Source: Desulfatiglandales bacterium (GTDB lineage Bacteria > Desulfobacterota > DSM-4660 > Desulfatiglandales > Desulfatiglandaceae). From it: a stretch of DNA of 64,000 nucleotides. A model generated the notes under the pieces. That model saw nothing but the letters and a program-made list of their open reading frames with translations. It searched no databases and was not told the origin of the DNA. The stretch covers positions 5,632,001 through 5,696,000 of the forward strand of contig OY759599.1 of NCBI GenBank assembly GCA_963662465.1, given 5' to 3'. The translations under genes and the position numbers were made by a program. Of this stretch, positions 9,902-19,969 are shown in pieces. The stretch's first letter is position 1. Each line of letters begins with the position of its first letter.

Positions 9902-10630
9902 TTGGGCTTTTCCTACCAGGCCAATATATCCATGCTGATTTCCTCCTTTGAGCTACCCAACATGCTGGGCGGCAACGCCCGGGTAGACCCGAATTCCGCG
10001 GGCGCTCAGAATACCTATGCGGCCAAAGGCGAAACGCCGCCGCCCTTTTCCATGGAACCGGAAAAAGCGACCCGTATTGTAAAAGAATGGGCCCGACACC
10101 TGGGCGCCGATCTGGTGGGCGTCTGCAAATATGGATCCCCGATGGGCCTACAGCCACAAGGGTGAGATCCATTACGGTGAGTGGAAAGAATGGGGCAGTG
10201 CCATTCCGGAACCGCTCCCCACACCCCGGCGGTGGTGGAAAGCGGATACAATTATGCCCGTGGCGCCTACATCACCACCATCCTGAGCCAGTGGTTTGGC
10301 CGCATGGGATACCGGGCCGTAGCCAAGCATAATCGTCATTATGACCTGCTCATGGTGCCCCTGGCCGTTGATGCGGGACTTGGGGAGCTGGGCCGGCAAG
10401 GATATCTCATAGCGGATAAATTTGGTCCCCGTATACAGCTCTTTGCGGTTCAAACAGACATGCCGCTTGTGCCGGACCTGCCTGTGGACCTGGGTGCGGA
10501 AAAATTCTATGAACGCTGCTTCAAATGCGCCGAATCCTGTCCCTCCCGCTCTATTCCCCGGGAGCGCCGAAAGACCGTTGAGCGAGGGCTTCTGCGCTGG
10601 AAACTTAATGATGACAGCTATTTTGATTAC
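9902..10630 (+). pseudogene. Reductive dehalogenase (RdhA)/QueG-like cobalamin Fe-S protein remnant, frameshifted
   Basis: ARHLGADLVGVCK; PLAVDAGLGELGRQGYLI...FGPR; first Fe-S motif reads FYERCFKCAESCP (first Cys lost); second motif truncated. Confidence 0.7.
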
Positions 10631-11347
10631 TTCGGAATTGATCCGGCATCCCTTTCCATTAACAAGATCACCTGCGCGGGGGAGCCCGGCGCGGGAATTC
10701 CCAGCACCAAGAAACGGATTGAGGAGGCCTGGGAAGCCAAGGTCTTTGATCATGCGGGGGCCACGGAGATCGGCGCCTGGTCTTTTGAGTGTGCGGATCA
10801 GCCTCACGGCATGCATGTGAACGAGGGACTCTTTCTGGTGGAGATCGAAGACCTGGAGACCGGAAAGATCATTGAAGAACCCGGGTATAGGGGCAAAATG
10901 ATCATCACAGCCCTGGATCGTCAGGCCCAACCCTGCGTCAGGTTCGACTCCAAGGATATTATCGAATGGGATCCCGACCCCTGCTCCTGCGGCAGAACCT
11001 TTCGGCTGATCAAGGGAGGCGTGGTGGGCCGGTCCGATGATATCACCAAGGTTAAGGGAGTACTCCTGGCGCCGTCCGCTATTGAGGAAGTGGTGCGGGA
11101 CATCGAAGGGCTGGGCGATGAATTTGAGGTGGTGGTGGACAAGATGGGAGACATGGATCGTATTGCCCTCAAGGTGGAATTGCTTCCCGGAACTGAAAAT
11201 CGACAAGAGGAAATCGAGGGTCAACTGGTGAATCAGCTCAGAAACAAAACCAATCTGAGGTATAACCTGAGCTTCCACGAATATGAATCACTCCCGAGAT
11301 ACGAAGTGAAGGCCAAGTGGTTCAAAGATTTGAGAAAAACCCATTAA
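10631..11347 (+). pseudogene. Phenylacetate-CoA ligase (PaaK-like) C-terminal half, fused in frame to the RdhA remnant
   Basis: GIDPASLSINKITCAGEPGA...DHAGATEIG...CSCGRT...GRSDDITKVKGV...LPRYEVKAKWFKDLR; N-terminal half absent. Confidence 0.8.
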
Positions 11348-11367
11348 AGAAAAAAGGGGGATGCAAC

Positions 11368-11544
11368 ATGTCTGAAATAGACCTTCAAGAGATCATTCGT
11401 AAAGTGCTTTCGCTGAAAGATATGGCCGAAGATGTCAATGGCCTTTCGGAGGATTTCCCCGCGGTTCGGCGGAATATCCGGCGCGTCATGGCCAGCATCA
11501 AAATGCCTGAAATCAATACGGTTGATTTGATTCAGGATAAATAG
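11368..11544 (+). CDS. Small hypothetical protein (58 aa)
   Basis: ORF MSEIDLQEIIRKV...FPAVRRNIRRVMASIKM with a GGGGG RBS directly after the paaK-like stop. Confidence 0.55.
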   Translation: MSEIDLQEIIRKVLSLKDMAEDVNGLSEDFPAVRRNIRRVMASIKMPEINTVDLIQDK

Positions 11545-11564
11545 TACCTTTTGATTCACGGCCC

Positions 11565-11590
11565 GTAGGGGCGGACCTATGTGTCCGCCC
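11565..11590 (+). repeat. GTAG-family REP palindrome
   Basis: GTAGGGGCGGACCTATGTGTCCGCCC; near-identical inverted copy at 44904-44929. Confidence 0.8.
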
Positions 11591-11659
11591 TTTATACCTG
11601 CCTACATCATTTTTTTATATTGCACCCAGGCCGCCCAGCGACCGCGTCGGAAGGATCGG

Positions 11660-11881
11660 TTATTTTTTGGATGGCGCATCCGGAATTTCATTGTACTTTT
11701 TCACCTGCTGATCAGCGATCTTTCCGATATCTTTCTTCATTTTCTGGTACTGCTTAACGTCTTGGTTCCCAGTGACTTTGTCGACTACTTTTTCACCGCT
11801 ATCGCACCCGGCCAGGATAAAAATACCGGCCATCATCAGCAACAGTCCCATAAACAGGCCATTTAGGGTTATGCGTTTCAT
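11660..11881 (-). CDS. Small lipoprotein
   Basis: MKRITLNGLFMGLLLMMAGIFILAGC lipobox; AGGAGG RBS. Confidence 0.7.
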   Translation of the reverse strand: MKRITLNGLFMGLLLMMAGIFILAGCDSGEKVVDKVTGNQDVKQYQKMKKDIGKIADQQVKKYNEIPDAPSKK

Positions 11882-12109
11882 TTTTAGGCTCCTCCTTAGA
11901 AAATAGGCGAATGCTCCCACAAGCGCTTAAATTTACCCATCGGCTGCCAATTCGCCTTCTGTTATTATTCTTTTTCCTTTATATAACATTTGTTTCATTT
12001 TATACTGAAAAAAGTAAATGATGGATCTTCAAATTTGGTTTTTTTGATGAACAAAGAAGCCCGAAGATAATTGCTCATCTCCGGGTTTCATAGACCGGAG
12101 GATATGCGT

Positions 12110-13423
12110 ATGAACAAAAGAAGAGGGAGAAACACCATAAGGGTTCTTGCACTGCTTTTTGCCTTTTCCTTTATGTTTTTCAGCCAGGCCGTTGCCGCTG
12201 AAAAAGCAGAGGATCTTCAGGTAAAAGGGCAGGTGAAAGCGGTTACAAACAAAGCCAAGACCGTATCTGTGAATGTCAAGGACAAAGGGGTCATGCTGTT
12301 TAAGTTTAACGACAGCACAAAGTTTATCAACTTTACCAAAACCAAGGAAATCAAATATCCCACGGCAGTGGTGGTTAAATATAAGGTTGAGGGGCCGAAC
12401 AATGTGGCCCTCTCCATCAAAAAGGCACTGATTTCTCTCCCCAATGGCGTGACGGAAATCAAGACCGACGACGTGGCCGCGCTGGTTGAAAAAGGGCCGG
12501 AAGCCGAGAACTACTTTCTGGTGGATGCCAGGCCGGCCACCGTCGCCTCCGCCGGACATATTCCCACGGCGGTTTCCATCCCCATTAATCTGCTGGAGAA
12601 AAAGGGCGCTGAGCTGCTGCCCCCGGACAAAAACAAGCTGCTCATTTTCTATTGCGGCGGCCCCACATGAGGCATGAGTCCTAAATCCGCCGGTCTGGCG
12701 AAAAAATGGGGCTACGAAAATGTCAAAGTGTATGTGCAGGGCATTCCCAACTGGAAAAAAACAGGACACCATACCGTTTCCACCGCTGACTACGTGAGAA
12801 CGGCCAACATCGTTTTAATCGACCTGAGGGCGCCCGCTGCCGTCACCGCAGGCCATATCCCCCGGGCCGTCAGCATCCCCGCCGGCAAGCTTGACGCAGC
12901 CAAAGATCAATTTCCAGAGTCCCTCACCGCACCCATTGTTTTTTATTCCGACAACATGGCGGAATCCATAAAGGCCGTGGAAACCGCTCGTGGATGGCGG
13001 TATAAGAATGTCACCCTGTTGGATTTCCCGGGCATTATTTCATGGAAAGAAAAGGGATACGATGTCAAGACGGGTCCCGCCGCCGAGGAAATCGTTTATG
13101 TGAGGAAGCTGGAACCCGGACAGATCAGCATTGCCAATTTTGAAGCGGCGTTAAAAACCCAGGCCATTACGGTCATTGATGTTCGTGGCCCCGCGGAGTA
13201 TGCCGCGGGACACTTCCCCGGCGCCATGAATATTTCCCTTGATGAACTGCCCACAAAGATAGGCGAAATCCCCCGGGATAAGTTTGTCATCGTCCATTGC
13301 AAGACCGGCGTCCGCGGGGAAATGGCCTATCTGCTCCTCAAGGAGAAGGGGTATGACGTGAAATATCTCAAGGCCGGTTGCCGGTGCAAATCGGATGGTA
13401 CCTATATGATCTGGGAAATGTAG
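12110..13423 (+). CDS. Exported triple-rhodanese selenoprotein (in-frame UGA at 12668-12670 read as Sec)
   Basis: ORFs 12071-12670 and 12674-13423 share a frame, giving FYCGGPT-UGA-GMSPKSA; SECIS-like hairpin follows; signal peptide; rhodanese motifs DARP..GHIP, DLR..GHIP, DVR..GHFPGA, VHCKTGVRG. Confidence 0.88.
12677..12712 (+). promoter_or_regulatory. Bacterial SECIS element
   Basis: AGTCCTAAATC-CGCC-GGTCT-GGCG-AAAAAAT-GGGGCT: upper stem CGCC/GGCG with a G-first loop about 20 nt after the UGA; lower stem AGTCC/GGGCT. Confidence 0.75.
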
Positions 13424-13447
13424 CCCAACGAATCCAACCTTGATTTT

Positions 13448-13479
13448 CCCCGCCGCCTTTAAGGGACGGGGTTTTTTTT
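13448..13479 (+). terminator. Rho-independent terminator
   Basis: CCCCGCC...GGGACGGGG stem followed by a T8 run after the rhodanese stop. Confidence 0.65.
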
Positions 13480-13558
13480 GAGCGGTTTCCGGTTCCCATG
13501 CCGGTGCGTGGGAACCGGACGAACGGCCCATCAGCATCACCATCTGAACTTTTTTGCC

Positions 13559-13587
13559 TTGACGGTTTAATTTGTAATAATTATAAA
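13559..13587 (+). promoter_or_regulatory. Sigma70-type promoter for the YeeE gene
   Basis: TTGACG-N17-TATAAA. Confidence 0.5.
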
Positions 13588-13637
13588 CCCATAGAACTCA
13601 ATCAGGACAAAGACCTTAACACTCTTGGAGGATTGCC

Positions 13638-14825
13638 ATGACTGAAGAAAAGGAAGAAAGCGTGATGGGGGGCATTCTGAAACGTTCCTACGCCATCGTA
13701 TTTTACGAAAACTGGCCCATCCGGCTGGGGGGCATCCTCATCGGCATCATGAGCGTGCTGACCTTTGCCTGGGCCAGGCCATGGGGCGTTGTGGGAGGCC
13801 TTAGAAACTGGGCGGACTGGGTTTTTCATCAAGTGGGGCTCTACGACAAGGCCCCCGTTTCTCCGCTTATTTCCACCAACTCGATCCTGACCCTGGGGCT
13901 CCTCTGGGGGGCCTTCGGTGCGGCGCTCCTGTCCAAGCAGTTCGCCATTCGCAAGGCCCCCGGTCGTGAATTGATCAAAGGGGTGGTGGGCGGCTGCTTC
14001 ATGGGCGTCGGTTCCGCCATGGCCGGCGGCTGCAACGTGGGCGGTTTCTATATCGCCAGCAGCGCCCTCTCCTTTGCGGGGCTTGCCATGCTGGTGGGCT
14101 TGATTGCCGGCGCTTACCTGGGGCTGCGATACCTTTACTGGGAAATGATGCACCTGCCCTCGTCACCGCCCAAAGGCGGCGGCGCCAAAAAAGTCAACCT
14201 CCTGTTCCTGGAACCCTATATCGGCGCCGTGGTTTTCCTGGGCGCCCTGGCAGCCACATGGTTCTATGCCCGGGAAGCCTATACACGGGTGGGAGGGCTG
14301 CTGTTGTGCGGCATCGCCTTCGGCATCATCATTCAGCGAACCCGGTTCTGTTTTGTCCGTTGCTTCCGAGATCCTTTCATGACCGGGGAAGGGGACATGG
14401 TCAAGGCCGTCGCCTTCAGCATAATCATCGGCGTCTTAGGCTTCGCGGCCCTCAAATGGACCGGCCTCAGGCCGGAAAATGCCTATGTAACCCCCACCTT
14501 CTGGTTCGGGAGTCTTGTGGGGGGCGTCATCTTCGGCTTCGGCATGCTCATCTCGGGCGGCTGTGGGTCCGGAAGCGTATGGCGAGCCGGAGAGGGACAC
14601 GTCAAACTCATGGTGGTAGTGATCTTTTTTGCAGCCACCAACTCCCTGTTCAAGACTTTGATCAATTCGTCGTCGGGTTTCAAGGCCCTCTTGGGAAAAC
14701 GGGCCTTCATGCCGGATGTCATGGGATACAAATGGGCGGTAATTGCCCTAATTGTCATTTTCCTGCTCTACGCCCTGATTGCCCAGTGGAATGAGGAAAC
14801 AGATAAATTCACCGTTGAAATGTGA
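13638..14825 (+). CDS. YeeE/YedE (TsuA-like) thiosulfate/sulfur/selenium transporter
   Basis: Multi-TM; AMAGGCNVG, QRTRFCFV, ISGGCGSG conserved Cys motifs. Confidence 0.9.
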   Translation: MTEEKEESVMGGILKRSYAIVFYENWPIRLGGILIGIMSVLTFAWARPWGVVGGLRNWADWVFHQVGLYDKAPVSPLISTNSILTLGLLWGAFGAALLSKQFAIRKAPGRELIKGVVGGCFMGVGSAMAGGCNVGGFYIASSALSFAGLAMLVGLIAGAYLGLRYLYWEMMHLPSSPPKGGGAKKVNLLFLEPYIGAVVFLGALAATWFYAREAYTRVGGLLLCGIAFGIIIQRTRFCFVRCFRDPFMTGEGDMVKAVAFSIIIGVLGFAALKWTGLRPENAYVTPTFWFGSLVGGVIFGFGMLISGGCGSGSVWRAGEGHVKLMVVVIFFAATNSLFKTLINSSSGFKALLGKRAFMPDVMGYKWAVIALIVIFLLYALIAQWNEETDKFTVEM

Positions 14826-14898
14826 TGCTGGTTTTTCCTTTTCCTTACCCTTTTTTTTTGATATTCTTGTGAGAATAAAACTTTTTTGGAGGGTCACA

Positions 14899-15753
14899 GT
14901 GGTCAATACATGGAAATTTTGCAAAAAAGCAACCGTCTCCTTTTTAATAGCCTTTGTTTTAGCCCTCATTTCACCCATGGCAACGTTGGCCCTTGAAAAA
15001 AAACTGACCAATTCCCTGGGTATGGAATTTGTTCTGATTCCGACCGGAACATTCACCATGGGCAGCCCGCTGAATGAACCCGGACGAGATCGAGATGAAG
15101 TGATGCATACCGCCGAAATTAGCCGGCCTTTTTATTTGCAGACCACCGAAGTGACGGTCAAGCAATGGCGTGATATCATGGGAAGATCCTTTTTTGGCCG
15201 CAAAAGAGGATCTGACAATATGCCCGTGGTGAGGATTTCCTGGCAGGACTGCATTAAATTCATCAAAAAACTGAATGCCCGCAACGACGGCATCTACCGA
15301 CTTCCCACCGAGGCGGAATGGGAATACGCGTGCAGGACCGGCAATCATACGGCCTACAGCACAGGCGACAACATCAGTTGCGACCGTGCCATGTATGCCA
15401 ACAACACCCTGAAAAGTGCGGATTGCGTGAAGGTCGTGGAATCAAAAGGACTGCCGCCGGATGAGCCGGCCCCGGTAAAAAGCTATGCGCCCAACGCCCT
15501 GGGGCTCTACGACATGCACGGAAATGTCTGGGAATGGTGCGAGGACTGGTATCATCCCTACAAAACAGATGTTGCCGTAAAGCCCCAAGCCCAGGGTGAA
15601 ACCCCATCCATTGAAACTGGAACCGATAAAGTGCGAAGGGGGGGAAGCTGGTACGGAACCGATACTAGGTGCCGCTGCGCCAATCGGAATTTCAGTCATT
15701 TTGCCAACCGATATCAAACCACGGGGTTTCGGCTGGTGCGAGAAGTAAAATAA
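14899..15753 (+). CDS. Exported FGE-sulfatase (SUMF1-like) domain protein
   Basis: TNSLGMEFVLIPTGTFTMGS, TTEVTVKQW, YRLPTEAEWEYAC, GLYDMHGNVWEWC, RGGSW, GFRLV; probable GTG start with signal peptide. Confidence 0.88.
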   Translation: MVNTWKFCKKATVSFLIAFVLALISPMATLALEKKLTNSLGMEFVLIPTGTFTMGSPLNEPGRDRDEVMHTAEISRPFYLQTTEVTVKQWRDIMGRSFFGRKRGSDNMPVVRISWQDCIKFIKKLNARNDGIYRLPTEAEWEYACRTGNHTAYSTGDNISCDRAMYANNTLKSADCVKVVESKGLPPDEPAPVKSYAPNALGLYDMHGNVWEWCEDWYHPYKTDVAVKPQAQGETPSIETGTDKVRRGGSWYGTDTRCRCANRNFSHFANRYQTTGFRLVREVK

Positions 15754-15786
15754 TTCTAGAAATCTGTGAAAGGAACATGAGCTGCT

Positions 15787-16923
15787 ATGAGACTCCATGA
15801 ATATGAAGGGGCGGATATTTTTGAAAGCATGAAGATCCCGGTACCGAGACGAGATGTCGCGGAATCCGTGGAAGATGCCGTGCGAATCGCGGGAGAAATC
15901 GGATACCCGGTGATTCTCAAGGCCCAGGTGCTGGTGGGAGGCCGAGGCCTGGCCGGGGGTATCAAGACCGCCCACAATCCGGAAGAACTCGAAGATCTGG
16001 CGGGAGATCTTTTTGGAAGCCATATCAAGGGACTCAAGGTCCGTAAGATCCTGGTGAGTGAAAAGGCCGATATTGTCAAAGAATTGTATATCGGCATCAC
16101 CATTGACGGATATTCGGGAAAACCGGTGGTGGTGGCCAGCACCGAAGGCGGCGTTCACATCGAGGCGGTAGCGGAAATGTCTCCTGATAAGATTGCCTCA
16201 TTTCATGTGGACCCCGGTTTCGGATTTTATCCCTATCATGCGCGGAACCTTTTCAGAAAACTCGGACTCTCCCAGCGCACCTTGATTTCATGCGCGGATG
16301 TGACCGTACAACTGTACAAGATCTTCACCCGCCTTGAAGCCCTTCAGGTGGAAATCAACCCCCTGGCGTTGCTGTCCAACGGCGGCGTAATGGCCGTGGA
16401 TTCGGTCCTGGAAATTGATAATTCCGCCCTTTCGAGAATCAAACATCCCCTTCCCGATTACTGGCAACGGATTGAAAACTCCCTGGAACGCAGGGGCAAG
16501 GAAATTGGCGTGACTTACGTGGACCTGGACGGAGACATCGGTCTGATCAGCTCAGGCGCCGGTTTGGGCATGGCCAGCATGGACATTATCGGACAGCAAC
16601 TTAGTCCCGCCAATTTCCTGGAAACCGGCGGAGGCATTACCGCCCAACTGCTCTACAAATGCATGGATCTGGTGACCACCAAAAAACGTATCAGAGGTCT
16701 GCTGATCAATATTTACGGCGGCATCAATCCAATCCATGAGGGCGCCAAAGGCGTGGTTCAATATATTAAGGACAACCATCTGACCATCCCCATCGTGGCC
16801 AAGGCCCTGGGAAATCATCAGGAGGAAACATGGGAGATTCTTCGCTCGGGCGGGGTCCATGTGGTAACCGATGCGGCTACTGAAGTGGCTGTTGCGCGAC
16901 TGGTTGAACTGGTAGGGACATAG
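15787..16923 (+). CDS. sucC: Succinyl-CoA synthetase beta-like subunit (ADP-forming acyl-CoA ligase)
   Basis: MRLHEYEG, KAQVLVGGRGLAGGI, EINPL, SGAGLGMASMD, PANFLETGGG. Confidence 0.85.
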   Translation: MRLHEYEGADIFESMKIPVPRRDVAESVEDAVRIAGEIGYPVILKAQVLVGGRGLAGGIKTAHNPEELEDLAGDLFGSHIKGLKVRKILVSEKADIVKELYIGITIDGYSGKPVVVASTEGGVHIEAVAEMSPDKIASFHVDPGFGFYPYHARNLFRKLGLSQRTLISCADVTVQLYKIFTRLEALQVEINPLALLSNGGVMAVDSVLEIDNSALSRIKHPLPDYWQRIENSLERRGKEIGVTYVDLDGDIGLISSGAGLGMASMDIIGQQLSPANFLETGGGITAQLLYKCMDLVTTKKRIRGLLINIYGGINPIHEGAKGVVQYIKDNHLTIPIVAKALGNHQEETWEILRSGGVHVVTDAATEVAVARLVELVGT

Positions 16924-16997
16924 ACGATTTGCACCGGACACGAGAGATGACGGTTATCGGTTTACGGTTACACAAACGAAAATATTGAGGATTTACA

Positions 16998-17870
16998 ATG
17001 AGCATATTTATGAATGACCATACCCGGGTCATTGTTCAGGGAATCACTGGAAAGATCGGCAGCGTACAAACGCGCTGGATGTTGGAATACGGAACGGCCG
17101 TGGTGGGTGGCGTAACGCCCGGAAAAGGGGGAAAGACCGTTGAGGGATTGCCGGTTTTTGACAGTGTGGAAGAGGCCGTAAAAGAAACCGGGGCCAATGC
17201 CTCCGTTTTTTTTGTGCCGGCCGCCTTTGTGCTGGATGCCTTTTATGAAACAGTGGATGCGGGCGTCGAACTGATCGTGATCGTTCCGGAACATGTGCCT
17301 GTACACGATGTCATGAAAATGCGGGCCTATTTAGAGGGCAAAAGCGTTGTGGCCCTGGGGCCTACCACGCCGGGGATTCTGGTTCCCGGAAAAGGAAAAA
17401 TGGGCATCATGCCCGCGTCGCTCTTTGCCCCCGGTCGAGCCGGCATCATTTCCAGAAGCGGCACCCTTTCCTATGAATTCGCGGGCATCCTGTCTGAAAA
17501 AAACGTCGGACAGAGTACGGTCGTGGGCATGGGGGCCGATCCGGTTGTACTGACCAATCTGTCCGATATCCTCAGGCGTTTTGAAAAAGACGATGACACC
17601 GGAGGCGTAATTATCGTGGGAGAAGTGGGCGGAGACCAGGAAGAACAGGCGGCCGAATTTATCTCTACACGCATGAAAAAACCTGTCGCCGCCTATATTG
17701 CCGGACGTTTCTCACCTCAGGGAAAACGCATGGGACATGCGGGGGCTATCGTGCGAGGTTCAGCGGGGACGGTGGAAGGGAAATGCGAGGCGCTTCAAGC
17801 CGCCGGCGTTACGGTGCTGGAAAGCCCTGCGGCGGTCGCCGATTGGGCCATTGAAAATCACCTTCAGTAA
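16998..17870 (+). CDS. sucD: Succinyl-CoA synthetase alpha-like subunit
   Basis: VIVQGITGK, GGVTPGKGG, SRSGTLSYE, KRMGHAGA (phospho-His). Confidence 0.88.
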   Translation: MSIFMNDHTRVIVQGITGKIGSVQTRWMLEYGTAVVGGVTPGKGGKTVEGLPVFDSVEEAVKETGANASVFFVPAAFVLDAFYETVDAGVELIVIVPEHVPVHDVMKMRAYLEGKSVVALGPTTPGILVPGKGKMGIMPASLFAPGRAGIISRSGTLSYEFAGILSEKNVGQSTVVGMGADPVVLTNLSDILRRFEKDDDTGGVIIVGEVGGDQEEQAAEFISTRMKKPVAAYIAGRFSPQGKRMGHAGAIVRGSAGTVEGKCEALQAAGVTVLESPAAVADWAIENHLQ

Positions 17871-17921
17871 ACCGATTTTAACCGGTTGTTTTTAATCGAG
17901 AGCGGGTCAAAAGAAAAAGCA

Positions 17922-18809
17922 ATGGCGGATATCAAAACCTGGTTTCTGGCCACGAGGCCCTGGTCCTTTTCCATGTCGGCCATTTCCGTCACCATCGGTT
18001 CGGTGTGGGGCGTGCAAAGCGGATTTTCCTTTGGGGGCTATTTTCTGGCGTTGCTGGGGATGGTAGCCCTGCATGGCGCCACGAATTTACTGAACGACTA
18101 TTATGATGTGAAAAACGAGGTGGACACGCCGACGGCCCCGACGGTCAAATACCGACCCCATCCCCTGGTGGAAAATACCGTCGGACTGCGGCAGGTGCTG
18201 GCTTTTTCACTGGTCCTTTATGCTATCGGCATTGCCGCGGGCTGGTATCTGACCGCCACGCGCGGCTGGCCAATCCTGCTGATCGGGGTCGTCGGGGTTC
18301 TGACGGCCATTTCCTATACCGCACCGCCCCTCAATCTCAAATACCATGCCCTGGGAGAACCTGCGGTATTTCTGTTATGGGGCCCCCTGGCCATGGTGGG
18401 CGCCCATTACGTTCAAACCCAGCGTGTTGATCCCGCTATTTTACTGGTATCGCTCCCCTTCGGAATCCTGGTGGGCCTGGTGCTGTTGGCCAACAACATT
18501 CGGGACATGGCTTTTGACAAAAAGCAGGGCATCAAGACCCTGCCCGTACTTCTGGGAGGACACGGAGGACGTCTGGTTTATGGCGGGCTCATCTTCGCCG
18601 CCTTTCTGGGGATGGCACTCATGAGCCTTTTGGGCCCCTTGAGCTATTGGTCCCTTCTGGTCCTTCTAGCCCTGCCCCTGGTAAGACCTGTTTTCCGCAT
18701 TGTATCGGGAGATTGCCCGCCCGATGCGGACGCCCGAACCGCCAAGCTGGATACGGCCTTTGGGGTCCTGCTCCTGATTTCCCTTCTGTTAGAGAGATGT
18801 TTCGGATAA
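17922..18809 (+). CDS. menA: 1,4-dihydroxy-2-naphthoate polyprenyltransferase (UbiA family)
   Basis: WFLATRPWSF, NLLNDYYDVKNEVD, YTAPPLNLKY..LGE, LANNIRDMAFDKKQGIKTL. Confidence 0.82.
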   Translation: MADIKTWFLATRPWSFSMSAISVTIGSVWGVQSGFSFGGYFLALLGMVALHGATNLLNDYYDVKNEVDTPTAPTVKYRPHPLVENTVGLRQVLAFSLVLYAIGIAAGWYLTATRGWPILLIGVVGVLTAISYTAPPLNLKYHALGEPAVFLLWGPLAMVGAHYVQTQRVDPAILLVSLPFGILVGLVLLANNIRDMAFDKKQGIKTLPVLLGGHGGRLVYGGLIFAAFLGMALMSLLGPLSYWSLLVLLALPLVRPVFRIVSGDCPPDADARTAKLDTAFGVLLLISLLLERCFG

Positions 18810-19432
18810 CCAAAGACGATACGGACCTGTTCCCGCTGATGCTGTGCATGGGCGTCGCCGCCGTTTGCTGGTTTTTTGCCTTTTTTGTGCCCTACGGCAA
18901 CTTCTGGATTAAAATCAGCGCGTCGGCCCTCTGCCTGACCATTCTTGCGGTTATTTTCGGGGGATGGCCACTGACGTTCAAGGATCTGGATGGACGCGCT
19001 TTCCTGTGGGGAATCCTTTCCGCCCTGTGCCTTTATGGCATTTTCCTGGCGGGAAACACCGTCTCGAACATTATCTTTCCTTTTGCCGGGGACCAGGTGG
19101 CCGCCATCTACGCCAAGGGGGAAAACACCCCCGGATGGGCCATCGGCCTCCTATTGCTTTTTGTCACCAGCCCCGCCGAGGAGATTTTCTGGCGGGGATT
19201 TCTTCAGCGCCGCCTGATGCTTCGCCTGGGGTCCTTCTGGGGATGGATTATCGCATCCGTTCTTTATGCCGCCGTGCATATCTCTTCCCTGAATTTCATG
19301 CTTGTGGGCGCGGCAGGGGTTGCCGGCCTATTCTGGGGACTCCTGTATTGGCGACTTAAGACCCTCTGGCCCGTGGTGATATCCCATGCCGTCTGGACCT
19401 GCCTCGCGTTTGCGGTGGCCCCCATTCATTGA
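18797..19432 (+). CDS. CPBP (CAAX/Abi) intramembrane metalloprotease
   Basis: PAEEIFWRG, YAAVH, SHAVW motifs; multi-TM. Confidence 0.85.
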   Translation: MFRITKDDTDLFPLMLCMGVAAVCWFFAFFVPYGNFWIKISASALCLTILAVIFGGWPLTFKDLDGRAFLWGILSALCLYGIFLAGNTVSNIIFPFAGDQVAAIYAKGENTPGWAIGLLLLFVTSPAEEIFWRGFLQRRLMLRLGSFWGWIIASVLYAAVHISSLNFMLVGAAGVAGLFWGLLYWRLKTLWPVVISHAVWTCLAFAVAPIH

Positions 19433-19739
19433 CCCATCCCGGCCCGGCCGCTATCTTGAGGAGAAGACTCGTACCCCGGGGTCTTTTTGACCCTAACAAC
19501 CCGTTTTCCATTTTCGACAGGATGTCCGAAGGAAGCTTTTCCAATTCTTCCTCGTATTTTTCCTGCATTCGAATGGAATTTTCCAATTCTTCTTTCAATA
19601 CGCCTTTTATTGCCATAGCAATTCCCTTGGTTACCATACAAAGAAGATATTACAGCAATTCGTATGGTAACCCCAAGGCCACGAGAAAAACACCTTAAAC
19701 GTTCATAGCACCGGTAATTTCAGAATTTCCGGTTTATTC

Positions 19740-19937
19740 CCAATCTCAGAACAACATGGACTGCAGGAGAAGATTGTCGGCCTGGAACGTAAAAAGCGCA
19801 ACCTGCGCAAACGCATATTTGACATTGAATACGAAATCGCCGACAAATGTGAACAACTGGTGGAGGCACTGGAAAAAAGGATGCAACAGAAGACAACGGT
19901 CAAAGGGCTATTTACCATTCGCTGGAACGTTGTCTGA
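19740..19937 (+). pseudogene. C-terminal fragment of an SNF2-type helicase associated with type III RM loci
   Basis: LQEKIVGLERKKRNLRKRIFDIEYEI...LEKRMQQKTTVKGLFTIRWNVV*; LFTIRW terminus is characteristic. Confidence 0.55.
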
Positions 19938-19969
19938 AACGCTCAACAATTGAAGAATTTCCTTCTCAT

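Noticed and set aside
10172..11278. 368-aa minus-strand ORF, and similar long antisense ORFs such as 26398-27777, 22726-23712 and 54521-55714
   Set aside because: Shadow frames of well-supported opposite-strand genes; no recognisable motifs
14899..15753. True formylglycine-generating enzyme
   Set aside because: The catalytic CxxxxC motif is not evident (GGSWYGTDTRCRC) and no sulfatase gene is in the window
19426..19700. Small ORF MAIKGVLKEELENS...
   Set aside because: Looks like a truncated N-terminus; cannot be assigned
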